From Squalus acanthias (Eukaryota): a DNA stretch of 64,000 nt. The notes below the pieces were generated by a model. It made no database searches, had not been told where the DNA came from, and saw only the letters and a list, made by a program, of their open reading frames with translations. Where the stretch lies: assembly GCA_030390025.1 (NCBI GenBank), contig CM059432.1:60576001-60640000 (forward strand), given 5' to 3'. A program made the position numbers and the translations under genes. Positions 1 through 12,049 of this stretch are shown piece by piece (the first letter of the stretch is position 1; each line of letters starts with the position of its first letter).

Positions 1-222
1 TATGGCACTATTTCGAAGAAGAGCAGGGGAGTTATTTATCCCTCAATCAACATCACTAAAACAGATTATCTGGTCATTATCACATTGCTGTTTGTGGGAG
101 CTTGCTGTGTGCATATTTGGCTGCTGTGTTTCCTACATTACAACAGTGACTACACTTCAAAAAGTACTTCATTGGGATGTCCGGTTGTCGTGAAAGGCGC
201 TATATAAATGCAAGTCTTTCCT
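1..222 (+). mobile_element. 3' part of a DeuSINE-type (SacSINE1-like) SINE with L2-type tail
   Basis: Near-identical to 58709-58935; ends in gaaaggcgctatataaatgcaagtcttt. Confidence 0.75.
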
Positions 223-739
223 TTTACAAGTTATGCTTTTGTTGTACAGTGAAGATGTCACTTGCTCCATAGTGCTCTGCACTTGAGTCTGCAGTGATGC
301 CAGAGGTGCACTGCTGTACATTCTCCATAAACCACTGACAATTGTTCCTCCATTCGGTCCCATCTGAAGGTAGGCACAAAAGACTCCAATCCCGAGCCCA
401 TATGGCAGAGAAACACCTTGAGCTTCCACCCTGGTCTGCTGTTTCTTGGTTTTCTCCTATTACCTCCACTTGCTCCTCCTCACTTGTGAAGTGATGCATC
501 ACCCAATGTTCCTTCCTCTAGAGTTCGTAAACTGCTCGGATCTGTGTTGGCTTTTGGGACAGGTGGGGTGTTTGATGCAATCTGCTATAATGGAAGAACA
601 TATAGGGAGAGGAAAGGAAGAAGAATTGCAATGGATCCGTGATGTAATAACTTCAAACAGAGGTAAGTTTACAATGCATATATGTCACGCTGCTGCTTGA
701 TTGAGGTTAGGAAGGTTCCACATGTCTGTAATGACACCC

Positions 740-1320
740 AGCTGAATCTCTCCACTACCGCTCTCGACACCTCCCCTACCTCTGTGCTGTCAGATTACGT
801 ATCTGACATCCAGTCTTGGATGAACTGCAACTTCCTCTAACTAAACATTGGGAAGAGCAAATCTATTGTCATCGGCTCCCACCACTGAGCTTCTGACGCA
901 ATATCCTCTCCAACACAAAGACTGTCTACTTCCACTTCTGTAGCATTTTCCATCCCTACCTCAGTCCATGCAGCACTGAAACTCATTCATCCTTTATCAC
1001 CTCCACTCAATTACTGCAATACTCTCCTTGCCAGTCTCCCATCGTCCACCTGCCATAAACTTTAGCCATAAAATTCTGCTGCCCATATCCTATCCTACAC
1101 CAAGTCCTGCTTGCACATCATACATGTCCTCGCTGACCTGCATTGGCTCCCTGTACTCCAATGCCTCAACTTTAAAATTGTTATCCTCATGCTTAAAACC
1201 CTCCATGGCCTTGCCACTCCCCATCTGTATAATCTCTTCCAGTCTTACAATCTGCCTTGCACTCTCGGTTCTTCTAACTCTGCCCTATTGAGCATCCCCC
1301 CACTTTACTCCATCATTATA
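740..1320 (+). mobile_element. Old degraded L2 LINE 3' fragment
   Basis: Similar to other L2 copies in the window (acacccagct..., ctcgctgacctgcattggctcc; LADLHWLPV peptide). Confidence 0.75.
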
Positions 1321-1432
1321 AGCATATGAGGGAGAAGGGAATAGAAGTTATGCTGATAGAGTTAGATGAGGAAGGATGCGGGGAGGCTTGAGTAGAGCAT
1401 ATGAGGGTGAGGAATTTAATGTAATTAATATA

Positions 1433-2718
1433 ATTAAAAGCCGACAAATCCCCTGCACCTGACAGCCTACATCCTAGGGTTCTAAAAGAGGTGGCTGAAG
1501 AGATGGTGGATGCATTGGTTTTGATCTTCCAAAATTCCCTAGATTCTAGAACGGTCCCAGCGGATTGGAAGGTTGCAAATGTAACACCGCTATTCAAGAA
1601 GGAGGGAGAGAGGAAACATGGAACTACAGGCCAGTTAGCCTGACATCAGTTGTCAGCGAAAATGCTGGAATCCATTGTTAAGGAAGTGGTATCAGGGGAC
1701 TTAGAAAATCATAACATGATTAGACAGAGTCAACATGGTTTTATGAAAGGGAAACAGTGTTTGACAAATTTATTAGAGTTTTTTGAGGATGTAACTAGCA
1801 GGGTAGATAAAGGGAAACCAGTGGATTAGTATATTTGGATTTCCAAAAGACATTCGATAAGGTGCCACATAAAAGGTTATTACACAAGATTAGGGCTCAT
1901 GGGGTTGGGGGTAATATAGTAGCATGGATAGAGGATTGGTTAACGGACAGAAAACAGAGAGTAGGGATAAACGGATCTTTTTCAGGTTGACGGACTGTAA
2001 CTAGTGGGGTGCCGCAAGGATCAGTGTTGGGGCTTCAGCTATTTATAATCTATATTAATGACCTAGATGAAGGGACCGAGTGTAATGTATCCAAGTTTGC
2101 TGACGGTACAAAGCTAGGTGGGACAGTAAGCTGTGAGAGAACACAAAGAGTCTGTAAAGGGATATAGAGAGACTAAGTGAGTGGGCAGTAAGGTGGCAGA
2201 TGGAGTATAATGTAGGGATATGTGAGGTTATTCACTTTGGTAGGAAGAATAGAAAAACAAAATATTTTTTAAATGGTGAGAAACTTTCAAATGTTGGTGT
2301 TCAGAGAGATTTGGGTGTCCTCGTGCAAGAAACACAGAAAGCTAGCATGCAGGTACAGCAGGCAATAAGGAAGGCAAATGGCATGTTGACCTTTATTGCA
2401 AGTAGGTTGGTGTATAAGAGTAAGGATGTCTTGCTACAATTGTACAGGACCTTGGTGAGACCACACCTGGTGTACTGTGCACAGTTTTGGTCTCCTTATC
2501 TAAGGAAGGATATACTTACCTTGGAGGCGGTGCAACGAAGATTCACTAGATTGATTCCTGGGATGAGAGGGCTGTCCTATGATGAGAGATTGTGTAGAAT
2601 GGGCCTATACTCTCTGGAGTTTAGAAGAATGAGAGGTGATCTCATTGAAACATACAAGATTCTGATGGGGATTGACAGGGTAGATGCTGAGAGGTTGTTT
2701 CCCCTGGCTGGAGTGTCT
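1433..2718 (+). mobile_element. CR1 LINE ORF2 (RT) fragment, degenerate
   Basis: QHGFMKGK, LDFQK, FADxTK, RPHLxYCxQFWSP and RRMRGDLIETYK motifs; frameshifted. Confidence 0.9.
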
Positions 2719-5181
2719 GCTACCTTCACCCATTCAGCTTGTACCTGTGCTTTAATAGGAGAGTGACATCTTCTGCAAAGAGGACCATCCTCCTTTGCTG
2801 CACTTCCAGCAGCAGGACCTCCATTAACTCCTCTGAAAGTGGGAGGATCATCACCACTGCCCACATTACAATGATTTCTGCCACAAAATGTTACCACACC
2901 CTGTCCTTACGACAATGACTCCTTCTGCAATCACATTAAGTAACAAAGGATTCCTTATCTTTTAATGGCAAGCAGCAGCCCTTTAAGAGTTACTGGGTTA
3001 TTGTGTTTTACGCGATTCCCCATATGTTGAGTTCCTACTTTTGGAAAGGCTATCAAGAGATGGTGCCAAGCAGAGGTGAGACACAGGAAGTCACTCTAGA
3101 CCACTTTTGCAGATCTCTTAACAAATAATTGCAGAAGAGAGTTGGCAAGGCCTGAAACCTGAATGTATGTTTCCATGTTCGCCAGCCCTTGATGCCATTG
3201 GGAAACTAAATAAGAGAGGCGAATGGATTATTGTAGAATGAACAGAATCTTTAGGAATTTTTTGCACAGCAGTTCATTTTTCACAACAATGTTTACAGAA
3301 ACAAGTGTTCTTAATTTAAATGGCAGAATTCAGTTCTTGGGTTGACTTTTGTCTTATTTACATCTATCAAAAAATCTGTTTTAGTGATGTAACTGAAACC
3401 TAGTCAGACACTTTCTAGTACATCACTTAACTTCAGATTTTAACTGCTGTGCTGTAATTCTGGAAGAGGTTAATGTTTTATCTATCATTGTGTTACATAC
3501 TCTTATACCATGAGATAGAACTGTGTAAATTTCATTGCTGGTTTAGTTGCTTTCACTTCCTTTTCTGGTTCTTTCTCAAAGTCCTATTACAATCTTCAAT
3601 AAGTTTTCATGTTAGAGTTTTCTAGAAAACAAAACATCTGTGGCTGCTTTGACCACTACTCCCCAACAAGTTATTTGTCGCTGTAATATATGTGGGTAGA
3701 ACAAATGAAAGACAGAGACACGATGAGTTGCTAGTGCATATGCTTGCTTTATTAGGCCAGAGCGAACTGAGCATACTCATACCAAACCATCTGATAATAG
3801 ATTGCACTGCTTTCCCCCTTAAATAAAAATGTATGAATTCCCTTCTCAAATACAACAAAACTGTGGTCCCATCTTTCCCAGCATTACATGTACCACATAA
3901 CAAAAACTTCTGGCTTTTTTTCTTTTAAATGAACTACAAATCCAGTTTAATAACAGGTTTGCGGAACCTTCCTGATCTCCTTACAGAAGATTTTGGTGTT
4001 GAACCAATTTTCGGGCTTTTTTTTTAGTTCCGAACTCAAAGATGATCCTGTTTCTATCTCAGATTTATTTGAACCTGTATGTTTCACTTCAATCCACTTT
4101 GAATGACTACTAGTACCAGAAATAATCATTTGCTTTCTCACAGAAGTCTACATGTACTCTCTGAAAAGGTCTACTTGGCCATGACCAGGGTTGTAGTCGA
4201 GTTTTGGGTGGTTTGTTTCTGCAATTTTGGCAAACGCTACATTTGCTGACAAGTGATTCAAGATCACTGTCCAATCCAGGCCAGTAAACAAAGCTTCTTG
4301 CAATTGATTTCATACTGACGATCCCTGGATGTTCAGTATGCAATTCGGCCAGAATTCTATCTCTCAAAGAAGTAGGTACCAGCACTCTGTTTCCCCACTT
4401 GCTACAACCTTGCTCACAAGACAATTCAGTACGAAATGGCTTCAATTCTGTGTCCATACACTGATCAGTTCATCCATTCAAGGTGTTTTCATACAATCCT
4501 TTCAGTACTGAATCCTTTTGAGTCTCATCTGCAATCTCAGTTGCATTCATGGGAACATTTTTGTCAACTGCACCTAACGTGAAAATCTCACCTTCACTCC
4601 CAACACAGGAGTCTTCATGTGGCAACCTGGACAAGGCATCTGCGATTGCATTTTGCTTTGAAGTGCAATATTCAATCGTGTAGTCATATTGTGACAACAA
4701 CACTGCCCAACGTTGCATTCTTGATGCGGCCATTGCAGGGTTGGCAGATTTGGGCCCCAATTGCTAGTGTAGCGGTTATCAGGGTAAGCTGTCTGCCGAT
4801 TAGGAACTGTTGGAATTTCTTGATTCCAAACACTGTGGCAAGTGCTTCCTTTTCAATTTGCGCGTAGTTTCTTTCGCTCTTTGTGAGGGTTCGCGATGCG
4901 AACGCGATGGGTTTGGCTGTCATCCATTACGTGGCTTATGACAGCTCCCACACCGTAGCTGGAAGCATCACACGCTAACTTAAGCTCACTGCTCTGTGTC
5001 GTAGTGCACAAGTAGAGCATCGCTAGAGAGGCTTCTCTTACAAGCGTTGTAAGCTTTCTGTTGCGCTTTCGTCCACTTCCACTGGTCATCCTTCTTGAGG
5101 AGCTAACATGGTCGCTAACTCAAGTAAGAAACGTATGTAGTACTGGACCATTCCAAAGAAAGATCTTAACTCAGACACATT

Positions 5182-6917
5182 AGCTGTGATTTCGCCGACC
5201 GAGGCGGGTCCGGGGTGACCGGGGTCAGTGTCGTGGTCCCAGCCCGCACTCTCCAAGTGAGTTTATGTTGATTGGGCTTGTTAAGCCCGCCCTGCAAGGT
5301 TCCCGGACAATTAAAAGGAAGCGGGTCTGATGACGTCATTTGTTGACGTGTCATCAGCCGGTTTCCTTAAAGGGGCCATGACCAAATTGATTTTGCAGTT
5401 CTGTTGTCTGTGTTCTACAGCATTGTGGTGCTGCAAACACTGACAAGCACTGCACAAAGATGCACGGCTGCACCCAGGCTCTCCCACAGCACGCAGGGAG
5501 GTTCTCTTCTCTTCCCATGGGCGGAAGCGACCTCCCCAGGAGATCAACGCAGCCTGGTTGCACATTGCACAGGAGGGCACAAGCAGGGATGTCGCCAGGA
5601 GGACCAGGCTGCAGTAGCGCAAACCTTTCAATGATCCCAGTAGATCACGAAACATTACTGCCAAGCCACACTCAACCTCATCCTGCTGTGCCACTCATCA
5701 CATCCCCATCACTCTGCCTTCCCTACCCTGCTCCTGCACATCTTTACACACACCAACTTACCTTGCACCTCCACCCATCCCTCTCTATCTACATTATCAC
5801 TTCCCCATTTCACTAGCCACCCCTCACACTCACCCTCATCCTACTGCAAACATACCAACTAACAACACACAAGGGTAGGCACTTGGGTGTTTTAGCCAAT
5901 GTTCATGTGAAGTTTCTGGTAAAGTGCTGTCAAACATTGAAACCTTTATTTCCAGCACTTTGCGTTCTTGGACAGATTTGTGTGCATCTTTGGAAGTGGC
6001 TTAGTGAGTTGCAGTGAATGGTGAGACATAAGAGTAACCCCCCCCGCAATGGTGATGAGTGTGGCTTGGGCATTGTAGGGATGCTTTATGGTGTTGGTGT
6101 GGGGTGGTGCCAACCTGGCGCATCATGTGGCAGTCAGGGTGTACAGCATCAAGTGAAGTAAATCTGACCATGGTGGGGCCATCCCTAGGCGTCTCGGGCA
6201 GCAATGTGGTCGGGTGCTGATGCCCTCTGTCCTGTGCAGCATCAGTTGATTGCGGAGAAGGCTGGTGTTGTTGTTGTTGCTGCTGGTGTGCCCGGTGATG
6301 CTGGTGTTGGGGCAGATCTTGGTGGGATTCTTCGGGCCAAGGTGAGAGATTTTCAAGGGCAACGATGCTGATGTAATAGATGGCAGGTGAGGTTGAGATG
6401 ACAGAAGCGATCTGTCAGTGGTGAGAGAGGTTGTTCCAATGAGGTGGCACTGGATAGAGAGTTGGCTCCAAAACACTTGCAAGCTGCAGAAAGCTCAATA
6501 TGTCTTCCAAATACAGTAACCAACAGTTTCTGAGCTTTGAAAGTGAACAGCTGTAACATGGGATCTTTCATACAACTTTGGCAGCTGTTAGGTCATGAGA
6601 TAATTCAATGCTGAATCCACTCATGACATGCTGAGCGTACGTGTTCCCCGAGCAGCGGGTAACCCACGGAGGAGCACGTAAAATTGAAGTGTAGGCTTAA
6701 AATAACAGTTAATTGGATGTTAACTACCAATTTAACGATGTGAATTGCCTCCCCCGCTGCTTGGTGTCGGGTCTGTTCAGTGCCGACAGACCCGACACCT
6801 GGGAGACTCGCGTGGAGGTGGGTTGACAGCGGGTTCCCTACCCGCTGTCAATCTTTGCTATTTTGACAGCGGACCCGCCTCCAAACCCGCCCTCTGAGCG
6901 CCGGCAAAATTCAGCCC
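5182..6917 (+). mobile_element. Non-autonomous PIF/Harbinger element with a decayed Myb/SANT gene remnant, inserted in Gypsy pol
   Basis: Interrupts pol exactly at KVDAVINAPKPQN|VSELRSFFGMVQY; 3-bp TSD att/gtt; right end ggcaaaattcagccc. Region 5440-5900 is homologous to 61150-61680. Confidence 0.8.
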
Positions 6918-7993
6918 GTTTTGTGGCTTTGGAGCATTGATGACAGCATCAACCTTTTCCTTCCTGGTTGCAAGCCATTTGCATCAACTTTCAGACCAAG
7001 GTACACAACCTCAGGCTCCACAAAAGCACATTTGCTCCTTTTCAATTTTACATTGTGGGCATTCAACCTTTGAAGCTCTATATCTAACACTTCTAGATTT
7101 TCTTCCTCGCTGCTTGTTGCGATCAGCACATCGTCTTGATTGCATAAGCAAAATTACGGCAGCTTGGTGTATGAGTACAGTCCCTTGTGTATGTTGATGG
7201 TGATACTGTTGACTCTCTTTGTCAACATTCAGCTGAGCGTAAGTGTGCGACAGGTCAAGCTTGGAGAAAACCTTTGACCCAGAGAGTGCTGCATATAAAT
7301 CTTGTGACGTAGGTAACGGGTACTGCTCATCTTCAACTGCTTGGTTGATAGTAACTTTGTGGTCACCCACACAAGTGTACAGTTTTGTCTGCTTTGGGCA
7401 CTACCACAATCGGGGTAGCTCATTCTCTTTTGTCAGTTTTTACTAGCACTCCATTCTCTCTGAGCTTTGCTAGCTCTTCCTCCACCTGACTTTTCAATGC
7501 ATAGGGGACCTTGCCTTACAATAGACAGGCTTCGCATCGGACTTGATACGGATATGCGCGTCATACCCAGTGATGCCCTCATAATTGTCTGTGAACATGC
7601 TTTCATACTTGTTCAGCATTGTGACAAGTCGCTTCTTTGAAGCATCTACACTGAAGACATTTTCCCAGTCTAGTTTTAACTTTCTCAACCAGTCTTTGCC
7701 CATGAGAGTTGGCCTGTTGTAGCTCGCTAAAATAGTAGGCAGCTTTACTGACTGGTCATTGTGTTGAACTGTACATTCCATTTGTCCACATGTCTCTAGG
7801 ATTTCTCCAGATTAGATTTTTAACTCTTTGTAAGTAGTATTTGATTAAACTTACTCTCATAGGGGTCCTTACTCATGATAGAGCAGTCCGCCGCTGTGTC
7901 GATACACGTATCAATATATTGCTCGTTGATCAAAAGTTTTGTACGAAAGTCTTTCTCCTAACTGCTAGCGTTGCCGCTAGTGGCATAAATAGT

Positions 7994-8757
7994 GGGCCAA
8001 AAATTCGGCCCTTCCCGGGTGAGTACGCACTGTGTACTCACCCGTAAGGCGTCCTGAAGTGCAGGTTTCCTGCATGCACTGCGCATGCGCGGGAAACCGG
8101 AACTTCCGGTCTGGTGAAGGGGGCGGTTCATAGGTGAACCGCGTGCGCGGTAGAGGCTGCGCACGCAGCAAACTTAGTTTTTTTTTCAGGTTTCTACGGG
8201 AGGGTAAGCATTGAAGAACCTACGCTTTTAAAAAGGAGGCGCAGGACCCGTTTTCAACAAGGTAAGTGGTTAATTAATTATAATTTTAAAATTTTTTCAA
8301 CAGCTTTATCTTTTTTAGATACTTTAAAGAAAGGTAAGTTTATTTTTAGCACTGTTTAAAAAGTTTTTTAATTTTTTCAAAAATTTAAATTTTTGTTTAA
8401 AGTAGTTAATTTATTTAACTTATAGTTATTTTATAAATGTGATGTTTTTTTAAAAATTTATTTTAAGTTTAGCTGTTCTTTTGGGGCCGATTTCAATTCA
8501 TAGATTTGACAGGTCTTCCTGTCAAATCTATGAATGAAAGATGGTCTGCTGCCATTGGCTCTCCATGGCCCACGTGATCCCAGGGAACGCATCGCACTAA
8601 CTGCGCCCCTGGGACACGCAAGCACTGCACGCCGGCAGTTGGGAGAGGCCCAGGAGCTGAAGTTCCCGTGGGCCCAGAGGTCAACCGCAGGCGCGGTAGG
8701 TAAGTGCGCGCGCGATCCTTGCCCCCGCGGCAAGCCGGAGAGGCGAATTTCAGGGCC
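7994..8757. mobile_element. Harbinger-type MITE (~764 bp), copy 1
   Basis: TIR-like ends gggccaaaaattcg / cgaatttcagggcc; perfect 3-bp TSD agt; homologous over its full length to 57257-58018. Confidence 0.88.
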
Positions 8758-9893
8758 AGTGTAGCTGCCTAGTTCTTCAACATCAGGTGTGTTCACTTCA
8801 ATATTGTGAACTTCTCCCTTTTGTTGTAGCTGCTTTGCATTGCCACTAGAGTGGTTCTTACTTCCTGCTTTAGATCTAGCTCTGCAAGCTGTTGAAATAT
8901 GGCCTTGCTTCTGACAGTGAAAACACTTTGCATTTCTGTATTGGCAGGACTGTGGTGAGTGATTTCCATTGCAGCGATAACAATTCACTGAACTGCTCTC
9001 ACTGACATGCTTTTGACTCGGTCTCACAACTTTAGGTTTGCCGGTGGCTTTGTGACTGTAGACCTCAGCTGCATTAGTCACTTGAGTTGGACGGAGCTCC
9101 CTAGCATTCTTAGATGCCATCCCCATAGATAGAGCAATTTTGTATGCTATGTCAAACATTAGGTTTGGAGTGTTCAGTAACTTGGACTGTGTGTGCTCAT
9201 CCACCAGTCCACACACACACACAATCTCGCAACACACGATCCAAACATGTGCCGAAAGTTACAATGCAAAGACAGGTTCTTAAGAGCTACAATGTACTCA
9301 CTGATGGTTTCACTTTGTTTTTGGTTTCTGGTACCAAACTTATAGCTCTCTCCTATTTGTAATGGCTTTGGGTCGAAATGGTCCTCGAGTTTCTCGACAA
9401 TGTCTTAAAATGACGCATCCTTCGCTTTCCTTGGCGCGAGTAGGTTTGTCAACGTTCCGTAGACATCGGGCCCGATCTCCGTTAGAAAAATTGCTTTCTT
9501 CCATTCACGAATTACTTTATTTTGAGCTTGAACATTCTCATCTGCACCTTCGGTCTCAATAATGTTATTGGCCTTAAAAAAAACCCAAAAAAAAACCATC
9601 TCCAATGTAAGAACTGAATGGTTCGCGAGCTCGGTCATACATGCCGAGACTTCCGATGAATCTCGTAGGCGCGGCCATGATTGTCTCGATCCCGTTGAAC
9701 AGTGACCTGTGCGAATCAATGCCGTTGTTGCTGTGTATACATACACGCAAAGGCGAAGCACAGATGATTCTGCATGAGAATTAATGGTAAAACATCGCAA
9801 AAATTTAGTTTAGATGTCACAAATTCACCTTAAACTTGTCCACTCGAAGGTTGAACACTGTTTCTTTCCATGATCCCTAAAAATGGCTTTGGG

Positions 9894-9911
9894 ATCCCAT
9901 CCTCGTTGCCA
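9894..9911 (-). promoter_or_regulatory. Primer-binding site complementary to the tRNA-Ser(GCU) 3' end
   Basis: The minus strand reads TGGCAACGAGGATGGGAT 3 nt inside the 5' LTR, one CpG-type change from TGGCGACGAGGATGGGAT. Confidence 0.8.
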
Positions 9912-10194
9912 AAATGTAATATATGTGGGTAGAACAAATGAAGGACAGAGACTCGATGAGTTGCTAGTCCATGTCCTTGCTTTATTAGGCCAGAGCAAAC
10001 TGAGCATGCTCATACCAAACCATGTGAACCAAACAATACCAAACATTACAGTCTCTGCAATTGCTAATTCAGCCTATATTTTCTGTCATATTTTGCTTTC
10101 TTTATTTACCAGACCTCGAACCAAATATTTATTAGTTTTGTCTCTCTCCAGTTGGTTGGTTTTAAGAACTGTAACTGGCCAAGAGGCAGATGGA

Positions 10195-10828
10195 AGAGGG
10201 CGCTAACGGGGCGCAAAGCAACTAGCGCCCGGGCACGGTGCCGTCAACGCCTCCTGCGAAATTCAGCGGGAGGGTGGCGGCGGTAATGCGCCACCAGCGA
10301 TGACATCATCGTCGTGCGCAGCGCCCCGTTCGCGCCCCAGCTGCGATCTTCGGTAGCGCCCCCGACTTACCGCCAGACGTTATGTCCGACGGGGTCAGGG
10401 GGGCCTACCTGTGGCCGGGGCGGCGCTATTTAAAGGCGAGGTGCCAGGCGGCCATTTTTGTTGCTGGCCACCTGCCAGCACCTGCCTCCGCTGCTGTTCC
10501 TGGCCTCCTGAGCACCCCCACCCCCGCAGAGTGCCGGGCTCTTTTGCCGGCACTCTGATCCCGGTGGCCCAGCTGGGCCCCAGGTCGTGCTGCGCAAGGC
10601 CCCTCCCCTTTAAGAAGGGGAGGAAGGCCTGCAATACCGCGGTGCGACATGCCGCAGCGCCACATATTCCCTTGCAGTGCCCCAAGAGGGAGGCGGGGCA
10701 CTTCCAATAGCGCCCCACTTCCCTCTTGGGGTGCTACCACTCAATTTTGGCTGTGGGGGTGCTAATTTTTTCGTAGCGCCCCTGGCGAAGTTAGCGCCCC
10801 AAAGGGGGCGTGACTCAATTTTTCCCCC
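10195..10828. mobile_element. GC-rich MITE, probably Harbinger-type; left end not recognisable
   Basis: Homologous to 29911-30694 (repeated agcgccc/gggcgct motifs); right end aatttttccccc. Confidence 0.6.
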
Positions 10829-11420
10829 ATTATCTTTCAGCAGCGTCTGGGCCAGCTTAAAGTGATTCACACTCCTTTCTCTAAGAAAGCCTCTGGCCTC
10901 TCCATGCTGGCATAGCTTGGATCAGCTTTTGAGTATTCAGGAGTTGTATCACTTTTTGAATAGGATTATTCTGCTACATCACCCGTATGTCTGTATGCAA
11001 TGAAGCGTGAAAGTTCCCTGCCTGTGTACAAATTGTATTCTTGAATGAGAACTGCATTTGCTTAAGTTCAGTTGCACTAGTAGCAGCAACATGAATTCTA
11101 TCTGTGAATGTCAAAATTACTTTAGTTTGCGCAGGAAAACATGAATAGCCAATGCATTCTGAAAGACTTGGTCACTGCATTTCATTAATAGCCGGAATAC
11201 TTGAACTTTGAGCCACAAAAGCATTACAATATTCAAGTAGAATATTTTATATTTTAACATAGCTTCTTATGATCCCTAACTCTCCAAACTACTGATGTTT
11301 TCCTGCTGATTTAAATGTTATCTATCTACATTTATAGCTTTCTGAAGAGTTGGCAATGCTGTTAGTCCACCAGTACATCAAAATCAATGGGAAATGCTAA
11401 AGTCTGCTATTCTTACTTAC

Positions 11421-11564
11421 GATGCGGAGATGCCGGTGTTGGACTGGGGTGGACAAAATTGAGAGGTCGCACAACACCAGGTTATAGTCCAACAGTTTTA
11501 TTTGAAATTCAGATGTCAAATAAAACTGTTGGACTATAACCTGGTGTTGTGCGACCTCTCAATT
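11421..11564. mobile_element. Miniature palindromic Penelope-like element (terminal segment only)
   Basis: 49-bp perfect inverted arms (11457-11505 / 11516-11564), a 10-nt spacer and a one-sided 36-nt tail (11421-11456). Sequence is identical to 21529-21615. 12-bp TSD attcttacttac (11409-11420 / 11562-11573). Confidence 0.93.
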
Positions 11565-12049
11565 CTTACTTACCCCAGAGGTGGTGCTGTAATTTCTCAG
11601 CCTGTGAGAAGAAACAGAGCTAGAAGACATAATGCTCCTAAAAGTCCTGGATGTGGAGGGGGATTGTGATAGTGGAATTTTGGGCGGGACACAGTTTACA
11701 CTCCATCTCAGCCCCTTTCTTTAACTTGGAAAATTTCAACATCATTCAGAGGAAAGACTGGCGAGATGACTTCCTCAAGTCAGAATTTTTACCAGTTCTG
11801 CCTTTACTAGGGGGCATGATGCAGGTGTATTTACTTCACTAATGTGGTGGTATGGACCTAATGCCGGTTCCTTGGCAGCAATCAACCACCAAGAAACCAG
11901 CAAATAAATTGAATTTATTTTTATAAATGTACTCTTCAACTAGAACAGTCTCGACCCCCTGATGGAGTAGCAAGGTGCCATTCCAATATTCCTGGCCAAT
12001 CTCACAGGGCAGATATCCAGGGGCTGCCAAAGAGATGGTATGAGGACAA

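Larger units (their letters stand above)
3682..10050 (-). mobile_element. Ty3/Gypsy LTR retrotransposon, Mag-like, degenerate, with two nested Harbinger-type insertions
   Basis: Short LTRs at 9915-10050 (TGTAAT...ATTACA) and 3682-~3806; 5-bp TSD gtcgc/gtctc; PBS at 9894-9911; polypurine tract at ~3811-3820. Gag has two Zn knuckles (CYRCNGNHSPQSC, CFHCQKQGHISTAC). Fragments of RT (FSKLDLSHTYAQL), RNase H ([21 protein letters not shown]) and integrase HHCC (HTEHPG...CSVCQ, RVHVDF) are present in Gypsy order. Confidence 0.92.

Noticed and set aside
224..700. Short ORFs in unclassified sequence (also 2720-3300)
   Set aside because: No recognisable domain or convincing splice pattern; possibly old repeat debris that I cannot classify.
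11457..11564. DNA-transposon MITE or pre-miRNA
   Set aside because: The arms are identical to the PLE terminus, and the 12-bp TSD and one-sided tail match the retroelement.
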